In this document: positions 1 through 10,105 of the stretch, piece by piece
How the letters are laid out: each line of letters starts with the position of its first letter
Numbering within the stretch: position 1 is the stretch's first letter
Origin: an uncultured Acidobacteriota bacterium
GTDB taxonomy: Bacteria > Acidobacteriota > UBA6911
DNA: 64,000 bases
Direction of reading: 5' to 3'
NCBI GenBank assembly: GCA_963809485.1
Contig: CAWEJX010000020.1
Location: 512,001-576,000 of the forward strand
Notes under the pieces: model-generated
The model's database searches: none
Seen by the model: only the letters and a program-made list of their open reading frames with translations
What the model was told of the DNA's origin: nothing
Translations under genes and position numbers: made by a program

Positions 1-1044
1 TGCCATCTTCAGCTGAACGCCGACTTCCGGGTCGGAAGCGAGTTCCAGTTGCAGAGGGCCGAGCGGGGGAGCTGAACGATGCTCGGCGGACAGAGTGAGT
101 TGATCCCGATGTTTTCTGAGATACAAAAAAGAGTCCAGCCACGCGTAAAGATCACTCGATCCGCGAAGACTGTAACCGGCTCCGGTACTGGAGGAAACCT
201 GTTTTCTGACATGGTGGACCAGGCAGATCGCAGTACCGCACTTGCGCTGCAGTGCTCTCAGGTAGCCAAGCAAGGCGGCGATATCTCCGCTGGCATTTTC
301 ATCGGCCATGTGGATTCTGATCAGCGGGTCCAGGATCAGAAGCGCCGGCCGGTGAAGGATGACGGTGGCCTCGAGCCTGACCTGATCGTCGGAACGATCC
401 AGGCGGAGGGAGTTGGTGACGATCACGCGCACGTCGAGCTGGCCAAAATCCAGTCCGCGCAGACTCGTGATTGTTTGGAGGCGGCGCCGGAGCGTAGCGG
501 CGGATTCCTCCGCCGCATACAGCAGAACGGGGCCAGGGGTGTGCACCGAGAAGGTTCCCAGACACGGAGAGGCGGATGCGACGGAGACAGCCATATCCAA
601 GGCCAATGTAGTCTTGCCTGATTTGGGCTGACCGCCGATGACCCCCACGGCCTCTGCGGTCCAAAGCCCTTCAACGAGCCACGGCTGTCGATTGCTGGAG
701 GCCTCAAGCGCAGCCGCTTTGACCACCGGCAGCACCGGATCCGAATCGGGTCGTTCATCGGAATCTGGGTTATGCGGGGAGGTTGGGACGGAGACCTCGA
801 ACGGCAGCAGAGTGCCGGCAGCTTGGTGGATTGCCTCGTTGAGAATGGCAGAATAGTTTTCCAGCAGGGATTGCTTGAACGCTTCACTGGGCACAGTTAG
901 ATGCACTCTGTTTCCGTCACAGCTGACAAACAGGATGGGCGGGAACCAGGTCTCGAAGCACTGCGGCCCGACATGGTTTTGTACATGAGCCAGGACTCGA
1001 TCCCAGAAGTCTGAGGCGCATGGGTATTGGGGTTGGTCGCTCAT
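1..1044 (-). CDS. DnaA N-terminal-like domain fused to RecA-fold/AAA_25 (RepA-type helicase-like) ATPase; runs off the window edge
   Basis: Not in the ORF track; translated manually. ATG 1044-1042 overlaps the ExeA stop (ATGA). Begins [64 protein letters not shown]; Walker A GGQPKSGKTT, Walker B LLILDPL, LVHHVRK, LRGSSDL. Open to position 1. Confidence 0.85.
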   Translation of the reverse strand, partial: MSDQPQYPCASDFWDRVLAHVQNHVGPQCFETWFPPILFVSCDGNRVHLTVPSEAFKQSLLENYSAILNEAIHQAAGTLLPFEVSVPTSPHNPDSDERPDSDPVLPVVKAAALEASSNRQPWLVEGLWTAEAVGVIGGQPKSGKTTLALDMAVSVASASPCLGTFSVHTPGPVLLYAAEESAATLRRRLQTITSLRGLDFGQLDVRVIVTNSLRLDRSDDQVRLEATVILHRPALLILDPLIRIHMADENASGDIAALLGYLRALQRKCGTAICLVHHVRKQVSSSTGAGYSLRGSSDLYAWLDSFLYLRKHRDQLTLSAEHRSAPPLGPLQLELASDPEVGVQLKMA

Positions 1045-1886
1045 AACAGTGCGTCCCCGCAGGCCTGAATGTCTTTCTGCACTACAGTCGCATCCACGAT
1101 GTTGGACTTGCCTTTGAGGGCAATGTTCAGGCACTGCTCACCGAGAATATCAAGACGGCGCATGAGCCCTCGGGCCGCCTTGGCCATCAGCAAAAGCGCA
1201 TCGTCACTGAAGACCTCGCGGCGGCAACCGGCGTTATTCATACGGTGACGGACGTAAAGCTTCGCCTGTTCGGCATCCAGAGGAGGAACCTGGATTCGAA
1301 TAGGAATGCGCGCAATCAGCGAAGCCAGAATGTTACGCTTGAGCATATCGCGCAAATCCGGCAGCCCCATCAGGATCAGTGATAGCCACGGTTTACTGTC
1401 CCGACAAAAATTGCCCAGGATATGAAGGTGCTCCAGTACCTGAATGCTCAACAGGTGGGCCTCGTCCAACGCGATTACAACATGCAGCCGGTGCTGGCTT
1501 GCCAGTTCCTGGATATGCTGACTGACGCCATGGTAGAGCGCAGCGAAGCTGGAGTGTGGCTCAAGCCCCAGCGCCACCGAGAGCTGCCGGTAAAAATCGC
1601 GACGGTTTACGGCAGAGTTCGATAAATAGTGAACACGATAGCGTCCTTGAGACAGATCTTCTTCCAACGCGCGCCATACACAGGTTTTGCCGCAGCCCGA
1701 ATCCCCCGTCATGACGGCGGAGGTTTGTCCTTCAACGGCCGCTTTCAGTGCCAGCAAAGCCTCTTTCAGGTGAGGCATCTGCAACATCTCGGAGGGATGG
1801 ATGTCCTTGCTGAACGGGGGACGAACCAATCCATCGCAGGAAAGAAGCTTATTCATGGTCGTCGCCTCCTTCCGGGGTTTCTTCAT
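1041..1886 (-). CDS. ExeA/GspA-like AAA ATPase (transposon-associated)
   Basis: Walker A GDSGCGKT, Walker [21 protein letters not shown]; overlaps the transposase 3' end. Confidence 0.85.
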   Translation of the reverse strand: MKKPRKEATTMNKLLSCDGLVRPPFSKDIHPSEMLQMPHLKEALLALKAAVEGQTSAVMTGDSGCGKTCVWRALEEDLSQGRYRVHYLSNSAVNRRDFYRQLSVALGLEPHSSFAALYHGVSQHIQELASQHRLHVVIALDEAHLLSIQVLEHLHILGNFCRDSKPWLSLILMGLPDLRDMLKRNILASLIARIPIRIQVPPLDAEQAKLYVRHRMNNAGCRREVFSDDALLLMAKAARGLMRRLDILGEQCLNIALKGKSNIVDATVVQKDIQACGDALL

Positions 1887-3120
1887 CAGCTGCCTCGCCG
1901 GTGGGCGCCTGAGTGGGATCGGGGTGAATCATTTTTTCGAGGATCAAATCGGGAGCGTTAAGGCCGGTGTTGGGTTTTTCCTCGGGCTCAGGTTTCGAAA
2001 CGTTCCTGTGTCGATGGGCGTTGCCGACCGGATCGACGATGCGCAAAGGGATCTCGACATGGGCATCCAGCAGGCTGACCCGGTTCGTATCGAGTAAAGA
2101 GTACCGGAGTCGCACCTTGGTGCCGCACAGGTAGGGTGGCACTTCGTAACAGGTTGCCCGCCATTGCACGGTGGAGTCGTTGCGTGCCAGCCGCTCGACT
2201 TCGCCATAAAAGGCCTGTTCGAACTGGCTGTAGTCCGTGATCCAGCGGATATCGGCGGCATCGCTCTCCCAGACCTCGAGTGGAGTCTTGCCGGAAAGGG
2301 ATGCGTGAGGGCGACCGTGGTATTCCGATTCGACGTAACTCCAGATTCGCAGGTTCAGTTCATCGAGCGTTGTGACTGTTTTGGTGTCCAGGCGATCGAC
2401 CACGTGAGCCCGGAGTGTCCTCCAAAATCTTTCAGTTTTTCCTTTTTGATTGCCTGCGCGTACCTGGCAGGGGCGGGCGGCAAAATGATAATGGGCGCTC
2501 AGTTCCAGTAGTCTGGGATGAAAATGGATAGCGTCCCCATGCCCTTCCAGCACGACACTGCGAAGATTGTCGTAGAGCAGGACCCTGGGAATCCCATGCC
2601 AGTCTTCGAAGGCATGGATATGACCGCGTAGAAAACTCTCCATGCGCTGGTCGAAGAAGAACTCGAGATACAGCACCCGGGAATAGGAAAGCGTGATTAC
2701 AAAACAGGAAAGCCGACGGCGGGCGCGGCCAACAGGGACTTCCCCAAAATGCGCCCAGTCCACTTGTCCTTGCTCTGCAGGGAAAGTGCTCAGGCGAAGA
2801 AACGCTTCCCTGGGAGTTGGACGTATCCGGGCAATAAATCGCCGCAATTGCACGACGCTGCCATTGAAGCCGCGGTCCCGGATCATCTGATAAATCCGGG
2901 TTGCCCGTAAATGCGGATGTTTGGTCAGTATTTCTCGAATGAAGTCGGCATAGGGATCTGCCGCATTCCGTGGCGTTTTGGTCCCATTAAACCGATCGGT
3001 TTCCACAGCAGCGTTGACTGTTTCAGGATGCAGCCCCAATTCACGTGTAATGGTTCCGATTTTCCAGTGTTCTGCATAAAACAGGTGGCGAATCTGTGCG
3101 CGCGTTTCCTGGTCGATCAC
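1849..3120 (-). CDS. DDE transposase (IS21 IstA-like N-terminus, Mu/TnsB-like C-terminus)
   Basis: N-terminal [39 protein letters not shown]. Confidence 0.85.
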   Translation of the reverse strand: MIDQETRAQIRHLFYAEHWKIGTITRELGLHPETVNAAVETDRFNGTKTPRNAADPYADFIREILTKHPHLRATRIYQMIRDRGFNGSVVQLRRFIARIRPTPREAFLRLSTFPAEQGQVDWAHFGEVPVGRARRRLSCFVITLSYSRVLYLEFFFDQRMESFLRGHIHAFEDWHGIPRVLLYDNLRSVVLEGHGDAIHFHPRLLELSAHYHFAARPCQVRAGNQKGKTERFWRTLRAHVVDRLDTKTVTTLDELNLRIWSYVESEYHGRPHASLSGKTPLEVWESDAADIRWITDYSQFEQAFYGEVERLARNDSTVQWRATCYEVPPYLCGTKVRLRYSLLDTNRVSLLDAHVEIPLRIVDPVGNAHRHRNVSKPEPEEKPNTGLNAPDLILEKMIHPDPTQAPTGEAADEETPEGGDDHE

Positions 3121-3125
3121 TTAGA

Positions 3126-3548
3126 TCACCTCCGTAGCTGAAAAGGATTCACAAACCGGCCCGGCCGACCGCAGATAATGCAGCAAGGAACTCCAGGCTC
3201 GATCTTTTTGCCGCTATTTCCGGTGAAAGCTGCCAGATGGAATACCGGCGCGATGATGCTGCCAGCATTCAGAGGCTTCCGGGAACCTTGATCCATAACG
3301 GAAAGTGCGGCACGACGTCGGCGGTAGGCTCGCTGCCGGTCTCGTTGATCCAGCTTGCCTTCCTGAGTTTTTCTGTGGCGGAGGTTCGCAGCTCGACGCT
3401 GCTCTCGGCGGGCTTTAGTGCGGCAATGCTCGCTGCAATATTGCTGGCCATGATCACAGCGGCGGCAGATCCAGAAGATGGCGTTACATTCTTTCCAGCG
3501 GCAAAACCTTTGACGGAGAACAACTTCGGCATCGTGTCGCATTCTCAC
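3126..3548 (-). CDS. Cys-rich basic hypothetical protein upstream of the transposase
   Basis: FWICRRCDHGQQYCSEHC and C-terminal CCIICG; 5 nt from the transposase start. Confidence 0.7.
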   Translation of the reverse strand: MRMRHDAEVVLRQRFCRWKECNAIFWICRRCDHGQQYCSEHCRTKARREQRRAANLRHRKTQEGKLDQRDRQRAYRRRRAALSVMDQGSRKPLNAGSIIAPVFHLAAFTGNSGKKIEPGVPCCIICGRPGRFVNPFQLRR

Positions 3549-3795
3549 CTGAAGGCGAGACTGGACAATCCATGCCGATCATGTCAGCTTAATGATGGCT
3601 GTTTAGAGCCCTCTCAACCGAGAGGTATTGCCAATGGACCCCGGTCGCGGACACGATCGGGGTCTCCTCTTGCTCAACCTTCCGCAAAACTTTACACGAT
3701 GATGATGACGGATTGCACGCCTTCGGCGTGGATGAAGTTGAGGCGTTTATTCCGGCGGGTGTTCAAATAAATACGTTTTTAGATGATCGATGACA

Positions 3796-4201
3796 CAAGG
3801 CGGCGCCCGATGATGTCCATTTCATCTTGATCGATACAAAACTTGTACAATTTGGCCCTTATGTAATGATGCCCCACCTGATCACTCCTGTTATAATTGA
3901 TTTGGTAGATGCCGCGACGGCACTCGCCTGGGTTGTGAACGAAATGGAGGCCCGATACAAAAGGCTTGCTCTTTGGGGAGTAAGAAGTGTCGACCAATAT
4001 AATGCCTTGGTTGGCAGTAACGCATTCAGCATGCTCGAAAAAGAATACGTGAGTGAGTTGAAAACAGCTCTTCCCCACCTGGTTATTGTGGTTTCTGAAC
4101 TGGCAGATCTTTGGGTCGGCTCAACTGCGTGCCGCAAATCGTTGACTCGCCTTGTCGATAGAGCTCATACCGTAGGAATTCACATTGCGGTCCCTGTTTG
4201 A
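3796..4201 (+). pseudogene. FtsK/SpoIIIE ATPase fragment truncated by the transposon
   Basis: KAAPDDVHFILIDTK...PHLITPV...LAWVVNEMEARYK...LPHLVIVVSELADL...GIH; Walker A region missing. Confidence 0.8.
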
Positions 4202-4309
4202 AAAAAGTGGCTGGTTTCGACTTATCAGCCTATAAGATAAGTTGGATCGCAGGTCAAATATGGCATCAATAATATGAAACCGCATTGGGAATTTAAGGAG
4301 GAGACGATA

Positions 4310-5998
4310 ATGAAAAAAATTTTGTCAATTGCGGCCATGGGGGTTTTTGCCTTCGTGGCCATTTACCTTATTTCGAAGGCTTTTTTTGCCAAGGATGCCT
4401 CGGAATATCAATATGAAGTCCTAAGTCCGTGGGCGGAAGTGGATCCCATTACCATCAGGGGAATTTCACCGAGAGTCGATACTCTGGCCGGCAAGAAGAT
4501 CGGATTGTTCGTCAACATGAAGCGCGCCGCAAGACCGATACAGGCCTATGTAGAAAAGAAACTCAAGGAAAGGTTTCCCGATTGTCAAACCAGCTATTTT
4601 GACGCTCCCTCGCAGAAGTATCTAGCGGAAAACCAGGAAAAGTATGCTGCCTGGGCAAAAGAAATGGACGCCGTTATTACGGCGGTTGGCGATTGAGGGG
4701 GCTGCACAAAGTACCTCACCTACAACAGTGTGGAGATTGAGGACTTTGGAACACCGGTCGTGCAACTGGTGAATCGCGGTTTCGTAGACGACGCCAAATC
4801 TGCGGCGTCCAGTAAGAGCATGCCAAATATTAGAGTTCTGGGAGAACCGATTGCATGTGAATCGACTGTTGCCAAGGACATCGAGTCGGGCATTGACATG
4901 GTATTTGATGATATTGTAGCGGCCTTGACTAGGCCTCTGACGGAGCAAGAAAAATCTCCGCAGATGAAGACCGAAGATGCACCAAGAATTGCGTTTAAGG
5001 GCAATCTGACGGAAGTGAATCAATTTTTCTACCGCAAAGGCTGGGGAGACGGACTGCCGATTATTCCGCCATCCGATGAAGCCGTGGCCGAGATGATGAA
5101 GGGAACGGATCTTCCGGCACACCACGTTGTGGCTAAAATCATCCCGCGGATGGGCAAGGCTACCGTGGAGAAGATTGCGGTGAACGCCGTCATGGCGGGA
5201 GCTCTGCCTACTCATATGCCGGTGCTGATCGCGGCGGTGGAGGCTGTGTGCGATCAGAATGCCGGATTCGGTAACTTTGAGGTGAGCACAGGATCATGGG
5301 CTCCTTTCATGGTCGTCAACGGCCCCATAAGAAAGGATATCCACATCAATTTCGGTTCCGGCGCTCTCAGTCCGGGGAATCTGCCCAACTCAGCAATAGG
5401 AAGGGCCTTGGGGCTGATCGTCAAGAATATCGGCGGAGCCAGGAAGGGTATCGAAGATATGGGAACGCTGGGGAATCCGGGCAAATGGTCGATGGTTATC
5501 GCCGAGAACGAGGAAGACAGCCCATGGGAACCCTTGCACGTCGAACGGGGATTCAAAAAGGAAGACAGCGCCATAACCATGTTTTTCCCGAACCAGCACG
5601 TCTATTCTGTACCGGGCGGCACGGATGCAAAAGGGATACTCGATTCGATTGCCCGCTCGAGTCCACGCTTTATGAGTGCCCTAATGATAATCCCATCCCA
5701 GGCAGACATTCTGGCGAGCGAAGGATGGACCAAGTCGAAGGTAAAGGAATATGTGACGAAACCCGGGGAGGCAGGTTCCGCTAAGTCCCGGGGTAATGCC
5801 GCTGCCCCTAATACTCCCCGAGACGCCTTAATGATCGTGGTCGCGGGCGGTCCCGGATCTTGGTATGGTGTGTTCAAGGGTTTCAGGGGCGGGCATATGG
5901 GCTATGATTACATCAGCAAAAAAATCGTGCTGCCGAAAAACTGGAATGAGTTGGCTGCAAAGTACAAAAACCTTATTCCTACCTATGAGAGGTATTAA
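4310..5998 (+). CDS. UGSC-family selenoprotein candidate (D-U-G-G-C) read through TGA 4694-4696, ~562 aa
   Basis: ORFs 4274-4696 and 4730-5998 share one frame separated only by GAT TGA GGG GGC TGC; RBS AAGGAGG before ATG 4310; downstream GWGDGLPIIPP and VEKIAVNAVMAG motifs. Confidence 0.8.
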
Positions 5999-6008
5999 AC
6001 TACTCTAA

Positions 6009-6049
6009 CCGCGGATTTACATGGGTTGTCAATCCGTGTAGATCCGCGG
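6009..6049 (+). terminator. Hairpin after the selenoprotein gene, abutting the IS end
   Basis: CCGCGGATTTACATGG...CCGTGTAGATCCGCGG inverted repeat. Confidence 0.55.
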
Positions 6050-7236
6050 GTCCTTCCGCCACCTACTGTTGTTACGCTGCCATTTTCTGTTCTCTGACTC
6101 TACTTAAAACTGCCTTTACGTAAATAAAAATGATCACAAAAGGAATTCGCCGCTGATCAGCCACGAATACCTCCCTGAAGCTGAGTCGTTTAGAAAGCAA
6201 TCCCGCCTGCATCGCCGGTGTCCTGATCTCGGGTCCGAATTTCAGCGCCCTGTGAGGCCTGACGAAATTGTAATGGCAGCGAAACAACTCGAGATGATCT
6301 TGGAGACGTTCCTTCCATCGTGCCTGACATATCGTCCGCCGACAAAGATACGCCGAGCCCTGTCGGATCGTCAGATTCAGCCGTTCGATAAAGGATGTGC
6401 TCAGCTTCAAGGAATCCTCGGAGTCGCGCAATGCCTGTTCGAATCGCCAGGCAGCGCCGATCACGGCTCTTCGCTCAACCTTGATAACACGATCGTTTCT
6501 GCGGGTCTTAATGACCTGGCCGTACAGACACGCTGGTCCAAAGACACGGCGGATACCTTTCGCATAAAAAGCCAATCCGTCCGTGGCAATTAGAGGAACA
6601 CATTCCAGATTCGATCGACTGGAGATATCTCGAAAGAGGGTGAGTGTGTTTCTATAGCTTCGCCTTCCAACAACGGTTGAAGGCCAAAGACGAGACCAGA
6701 CCTCAATCGCAGCAAAGATCCAAATCGGCTGTTCCTTGTCACGGATGATCGTGCGAATCTCATCTGCCTGAAGCTCTGAGATGGCGATCCCATCTATCTT
6801 TTGATCGTTGAAGCGGCGGCAAGAGTACGCCGCCTTTTGCAGCCAGCGATCGACCGTATTCCAGGCGATTCGCTTTGCCCGTGCAATTGCAGATTTGTTC
6901 AGGCCCTCAACACTCAGGACAGCAACTTCGTCAAAGGTCGCTCGACGATGCTGAAGTCGATGGTAGGGCGTGCCGGAATTGGAGCAGAAGGTTTTGCCGC
7001 AAGTGCCGCAACGATATCGACGACGACGCCCCCACTTAGTTTTGTAGAATCCGTGGCGGATGATGTTTCCGAAAGCGGCTTTTCCCGCCAGTGGACATTC
7101 CCTGTTTGGGCAGCTGAGACTCTTCATTGGTTTTGAACCGTGTCAATGATGGAACTGATTGCATGGAATTGAGTCTCAAACTATATCATGTGTGGGAGTT
7201 ACGGTCGCGCTGCCAACAGTCGACGGCAGAAGCACC
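6049..7236 (-). mobile_element. IS1-like insertion sequence
   Basis: Imperfect 23-bp terminal IRs GGTCCTTCCGCCACCTACTGTTG and (rc) GGTGCTTCTGCCGTCGACTGTTG; no flanking direct repeat. Confidence 0.75.
6072..7127 (-). CDS. IS1-like single-ORF transposase
   Basis: Zn ribbon CPNREC...RYRCGTCGKTF, HTH, LQADE, ATDG, TSFIERLNLTIRQ, YNFVRPH. Confidence 0.85.
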   Translation of the reverse strand: MKSLSCPNRECPLAGKAAFGNIIRHGFYKTKWGRRRRYRCGTCGKTFCSNSGTPYHRLQHRRATFDEVAVLSVEGLNKSAIARAKRIAWNTVDRWLQKAAYSCRRFNDQKIDGIAISELQADEIRTIIRDKEQPIWIFAAIEVWSRLWPSTVVGRRSYRNTLTLFRDISSRSNLECVPLIATDGLAFYAKGIRRVFGPACLYGQVIKTRRNDRVIKVERRAVIGAAWRFEQALRDSEDSLKLSTSFIERLNLTIRQGSAYLCRRTICQARWKERLQDHLELFRCHYNFVRPHRALKFGPEIRTPAMQAGLLSKRLSFREVFVADQRRIPFVIIFIYVKAVLSRVREQKMAA

Positions 7237-7246
7237 TTATTTTCTG

Positions 7247-7294
7247 TGGTGAGCCGTGAAGGAATCGAACCTTCAACCTACTGATTAAGAGTCA
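7247..7294 (-). repeat. att site: duplicated 3' 48 bp of tRNA-Lys
   Basis: TGGTGAGCCGTGAAGGAATCGAACCTTCAACCTACTGATTAAGAGTCA identical to 25967-26014. Confidence 0.95.
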
Positions 7295-7533
7295 ATACGG
7301 CAAGCCTTTTTCTGGTCAGATTTGGAACTAAAAGAAAAACATAATTCCTACCAAAACTCCGCATAAAATGCTTGCAAACTGCATGGATACTGGGTTCTAA
7401 TCGGGGCATTATGTTTCGCATCGTTTTTGCCGATTGTTCCTTCGAGTTTCATCTTTTTGGAACCAAGTTGGAACCAATTTTTTGGGGTTCCAAGATTTAG
7501 GAACGGAACAGCTGGTTCTGGCGGAGTAAATCT

Positions 7534-8811
7534 ATGCCGACTGCCAATCTGACTGATCGAAAAATTGACAGCTTGAAGCCTGGAAAAGAAATCGTTGAGT
7601 GGTGGGATAAGAAGATCCCGGGCTTCGGGATCCGCGTTTCTCCAAAGGGCAAGAAAACGTGGTTTGTGATGTATCGGTTTGCCGGATTAAGGAGACGCCT
7701 GAGATGTGGCCGATATCCGGCCGTTTCTCTCGATAAAGCCCGGCAGAAGGCAAAGCAGGCACTCCTGGATGTGAACGACGGGAAGGATCCGGCACAGGAA
7801 AAGAAAAACCAGGAAGCCCTCATAAAACGCGAGAGCCTGGAAGCTAAGACTTTTGCTCAATTGGCAAAGCTTTACATTGACGATTATGCCAAGGTGAACA
7901 AGCGCAGCTGGAAAGAAGACGACCGCATCGTCGATAAGCTGCTGAATCCGGAATTCGGCACAATCAATGTGAAGGAGATTACCAGGTCTCACGTTCGTTC
8001 ATTCCTGAAGGAAATGGCGGCAAAGACCAAAGTGCAGGCAAACCGGGCACACGCCTGTCTTCGAAAAATCTTCAATTGGGCGATCAAGGAAGAAACAGTG
8101 AACATGGAAGGAAATCCGGCTTCCGGGATCTCAAGCCCTGGTGGTAGGGAAAAGCCGAAGGAGCGGAGTCTTACCGATGATGAGATCAAAGCTGTTTGGA
8201 AAAAACTGGAAGCGGATTCGACCCCGCCCAAACGAGCCCTTCAGTTAATACTCATGACAGGTCAGAGGCCGGGGGAGGTCGCGGGCCTGCAATGGGAAGA
8301 GCTCAATATGGCCGATTCACTGTGGATGCTTCCAGGCAGCAGGGCGAAGAACGGTTTGGCGAATGTCGTGCCGTTAAGCAATCAATCTATGCGAATCCTC
8401 GAAAAGCAGCGCGAAGCCCTGGAATCACAGAGTAGGAAGCGTGAGAAAAGAAAACAGGAGGCAAGACAGACTGCGTTCGTTTTCCCATGCCGGCATCTCG
8501 CGACTGACAAGCCCATGACGGTCTACGCAATCGACCAGGAGGCTCAGATTATTTCTCGGGAACTGGGCATCCCGGGATTTGCTCCTCACGATCTTCGTCG
8601 AACCTGCTCAACGAAACTGGGAGAAATGCTGATCCCCGGCCATCTGATCGATCGTATTATGAATCACAAACCAGCCGGCATCACAGACCGCGTCTACAAC
8701 AAGTACGATTATTTTAAAGAGAAGCGGGAAGCGTTGAACGCATTTGGCGCCCGTCTTCTGCGCATCGTCAGCGAATTGGAAATAGTGGGAACTGAAACGG
8801 CAAAAAGATAA
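7534..8811 (+). CDS. Tyrosine integrase, P4-like with arm-binding domain
   Basis: GFGIRVSPKGKKTW, TGQRPGEV, PHDLRRT, IMNH, VYNKY catalytic motifs. Confidence 0.95.
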   Translation: MPTANLTDRKIDSLKPGKEIVEWWDKKIPGFGIRVSPKGKKTWFVMYRFAGLRRRLRCGRYPAVSLDKARQKAKQALLDVNDGKDPAQEKKNQEALIKRESLEAKTFAQLAKLYIDDYAKVNKRSWKEDDRIVDKLLNPEFGTINVKEITRSHVRSFLKEMAAKTKVQANRAHACLRKIFNWAIKEETVNMEGNPASGISSPGGREKPKERSLTDDEIKAVWKKLEADSTPPKRALQLILMTGQRPGEVAGLQWEELNMADSLWMLPGSRAKNGLANVVPLSNQSMRILEKQREALESQSRKREKRKQEARQTAFVFPCRHLATDKPMTVYAIDQEAQIISRELGIPGFAPHDLRRTCSTKLGEMLIPGHLIDRIMNHKPAGITDRVYNKYDYFKEKREALNAFGARLLRIVSELEIVGTETAKR

Positions 8812-8880
8812 GGCAAGGGCTCGATTAAGCCTGCTAAAATGTTGGTCACGTTGGGCTGAAACTAAGAAAGCCAGGTTACC

Positions 8881-9135
8881 TTGAATCCACGCAAACTACT
8901 TCAAAAGGCGCTGTCCTCTCCTGCGAACCTCCGATTTGAGGAAATCTGTGCCCTTGCAGTTGCTTTCGGATTTCACCTGTCCAGAGTAGGCGGAAGCCAT
9001 CATATCTATGCTCGTCCAGATATCCGTGAGCTCTTGAATCTTCAGGAAGTTGCCGGAAAAGCCAAGCCTTACCAGGTTAAACAGTTGCTAGGTTTGGCCG
9101 AACGATATAATCTGTCTATAGGTGAGAAAGAATGA
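8881..9135 (+). CDS. hicA: HicA-family toxin
   Basis: NLRFEE, GGSHHIY, AKPYQVKQ; coupled to hicB. Confidence 0.85.
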   Translation: MNPRKLLQKALSSPANLRFEEICALAVAFGFHLSRVGGSHHIYARPDIRELLNLQEVAGKAKPYQVKQLLGLAERYNLSIGEKE

Positions 9136-9362
9136 AAGATTACCATATCAACATTTTCTTCAGCGCAGAGGACGAGGGTTACATTGCGGACATTCCTGAT
9201 CTTCCCCACTGTGCTGCTTTTGGGAAAACGCAGGAACAGGCTCTGGCCGAAGTACTGAAAGCGAAAGCCGCCTGGCTGGAAGCCGCTCGCGCCGAGAACA
9301 AGCCGATCCCTGAGCCCTCATTCCGGCCGGTCATATACCAAACATCGAAAATTCCTGCATAA
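9132..9362 (+). CDS. hicB: HicB-family antitoxin (short)
   Basis: EDEGYIADIPDLPHCAAFGKTQEQAL...PIPEP. Confidence 0.9.
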   Translation: MKDYHINIFFSAEDEGYIADIPDLPHCAAFGKTQEQALAEVLKAKAAWLEAARAENKPIPEPSFRPVIYQTSKIPA

Positions 9363-10105
9363 AGCGCTCTTCATAGTCATTAGGCCTGAACGGCCGCAGA
9401 TTTTTGTTATTTCCCAGATCGTCGTCTGGGGAGACACGGTCACTTATCCGGATTGCCACAAACCAGGCAAGTGAAAAGTTCAATATTTAAGGGGATCTAC
9501 AAAGTCGGCATTAAATCACAGTTTCTCGTATTTTGAATTCTGCATCCTGAAAACTCGCCACCAAGCTTGCAGCCGGAGAATGGGGCTACCACGAGGGAGC
9601 GGTCGGCGAAACCGGAAAAATCATAGGGCGCTTCTATTGGGGAGGACCGCAGCAGCAAACGAAAGGGGCACGCCACCTGGCAACGGGCGTTTCCGGGGCA
9701 GGAAATCGGTTTGGGCTGGATGAGACGGACTGAAAGAGATCCGGCTATCCTCTGGCTTAATGGAGGGACGTGGGGCCATGCCGCTTTCGCCGAATTTGAC
9801 CCGTCAGCGAAAACTCTTACTCTACCTATCGGCCAAAGTTGATTTGGCAGAAGCAGTCATATGGATTGTCCTTGGCACGATTTTGGGAATGGAAGAATTA
9901 AGCTGTCTCCCAAATCGGTTGCGTAATTTGGCAAAAAAAAGAATTTGCATCCAATCGTTTGGACACTGCTTGGAAGATATCTCGCTTCTATGATTTCATT
10001 ACATTTTGGTGTCCCCATTTTAGGTTCGCTTGATTACAATATCGAATCAGCAACTTTGAGTAATTCTATTGCGCAGATTCTGGTGATTTTGTGGAACAGG
10101 AAGAA

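Larger units (their letters stand above)
1..3795 (-). mobile_element. IS21/Mu-like transposon, one end visible
   Basis: Minus-strand terminus TGTCATCGATCATCTAAAAA at 3795 (TGT end typical of IS21/Mu/Tn7 types); the ftsK remnant begins immediately outside it. Confidence 0.7.

Noticed and set aside
79-887. Track ORFs 79-621, 299-664, 423-887
   Set aside because: Shadow frames of the real minus-strand ORF 1044-<1
7247-7294. Second tRNA-Lys gene
   Set aside because: Only the 3' 48 nt are present; it is the att duplication
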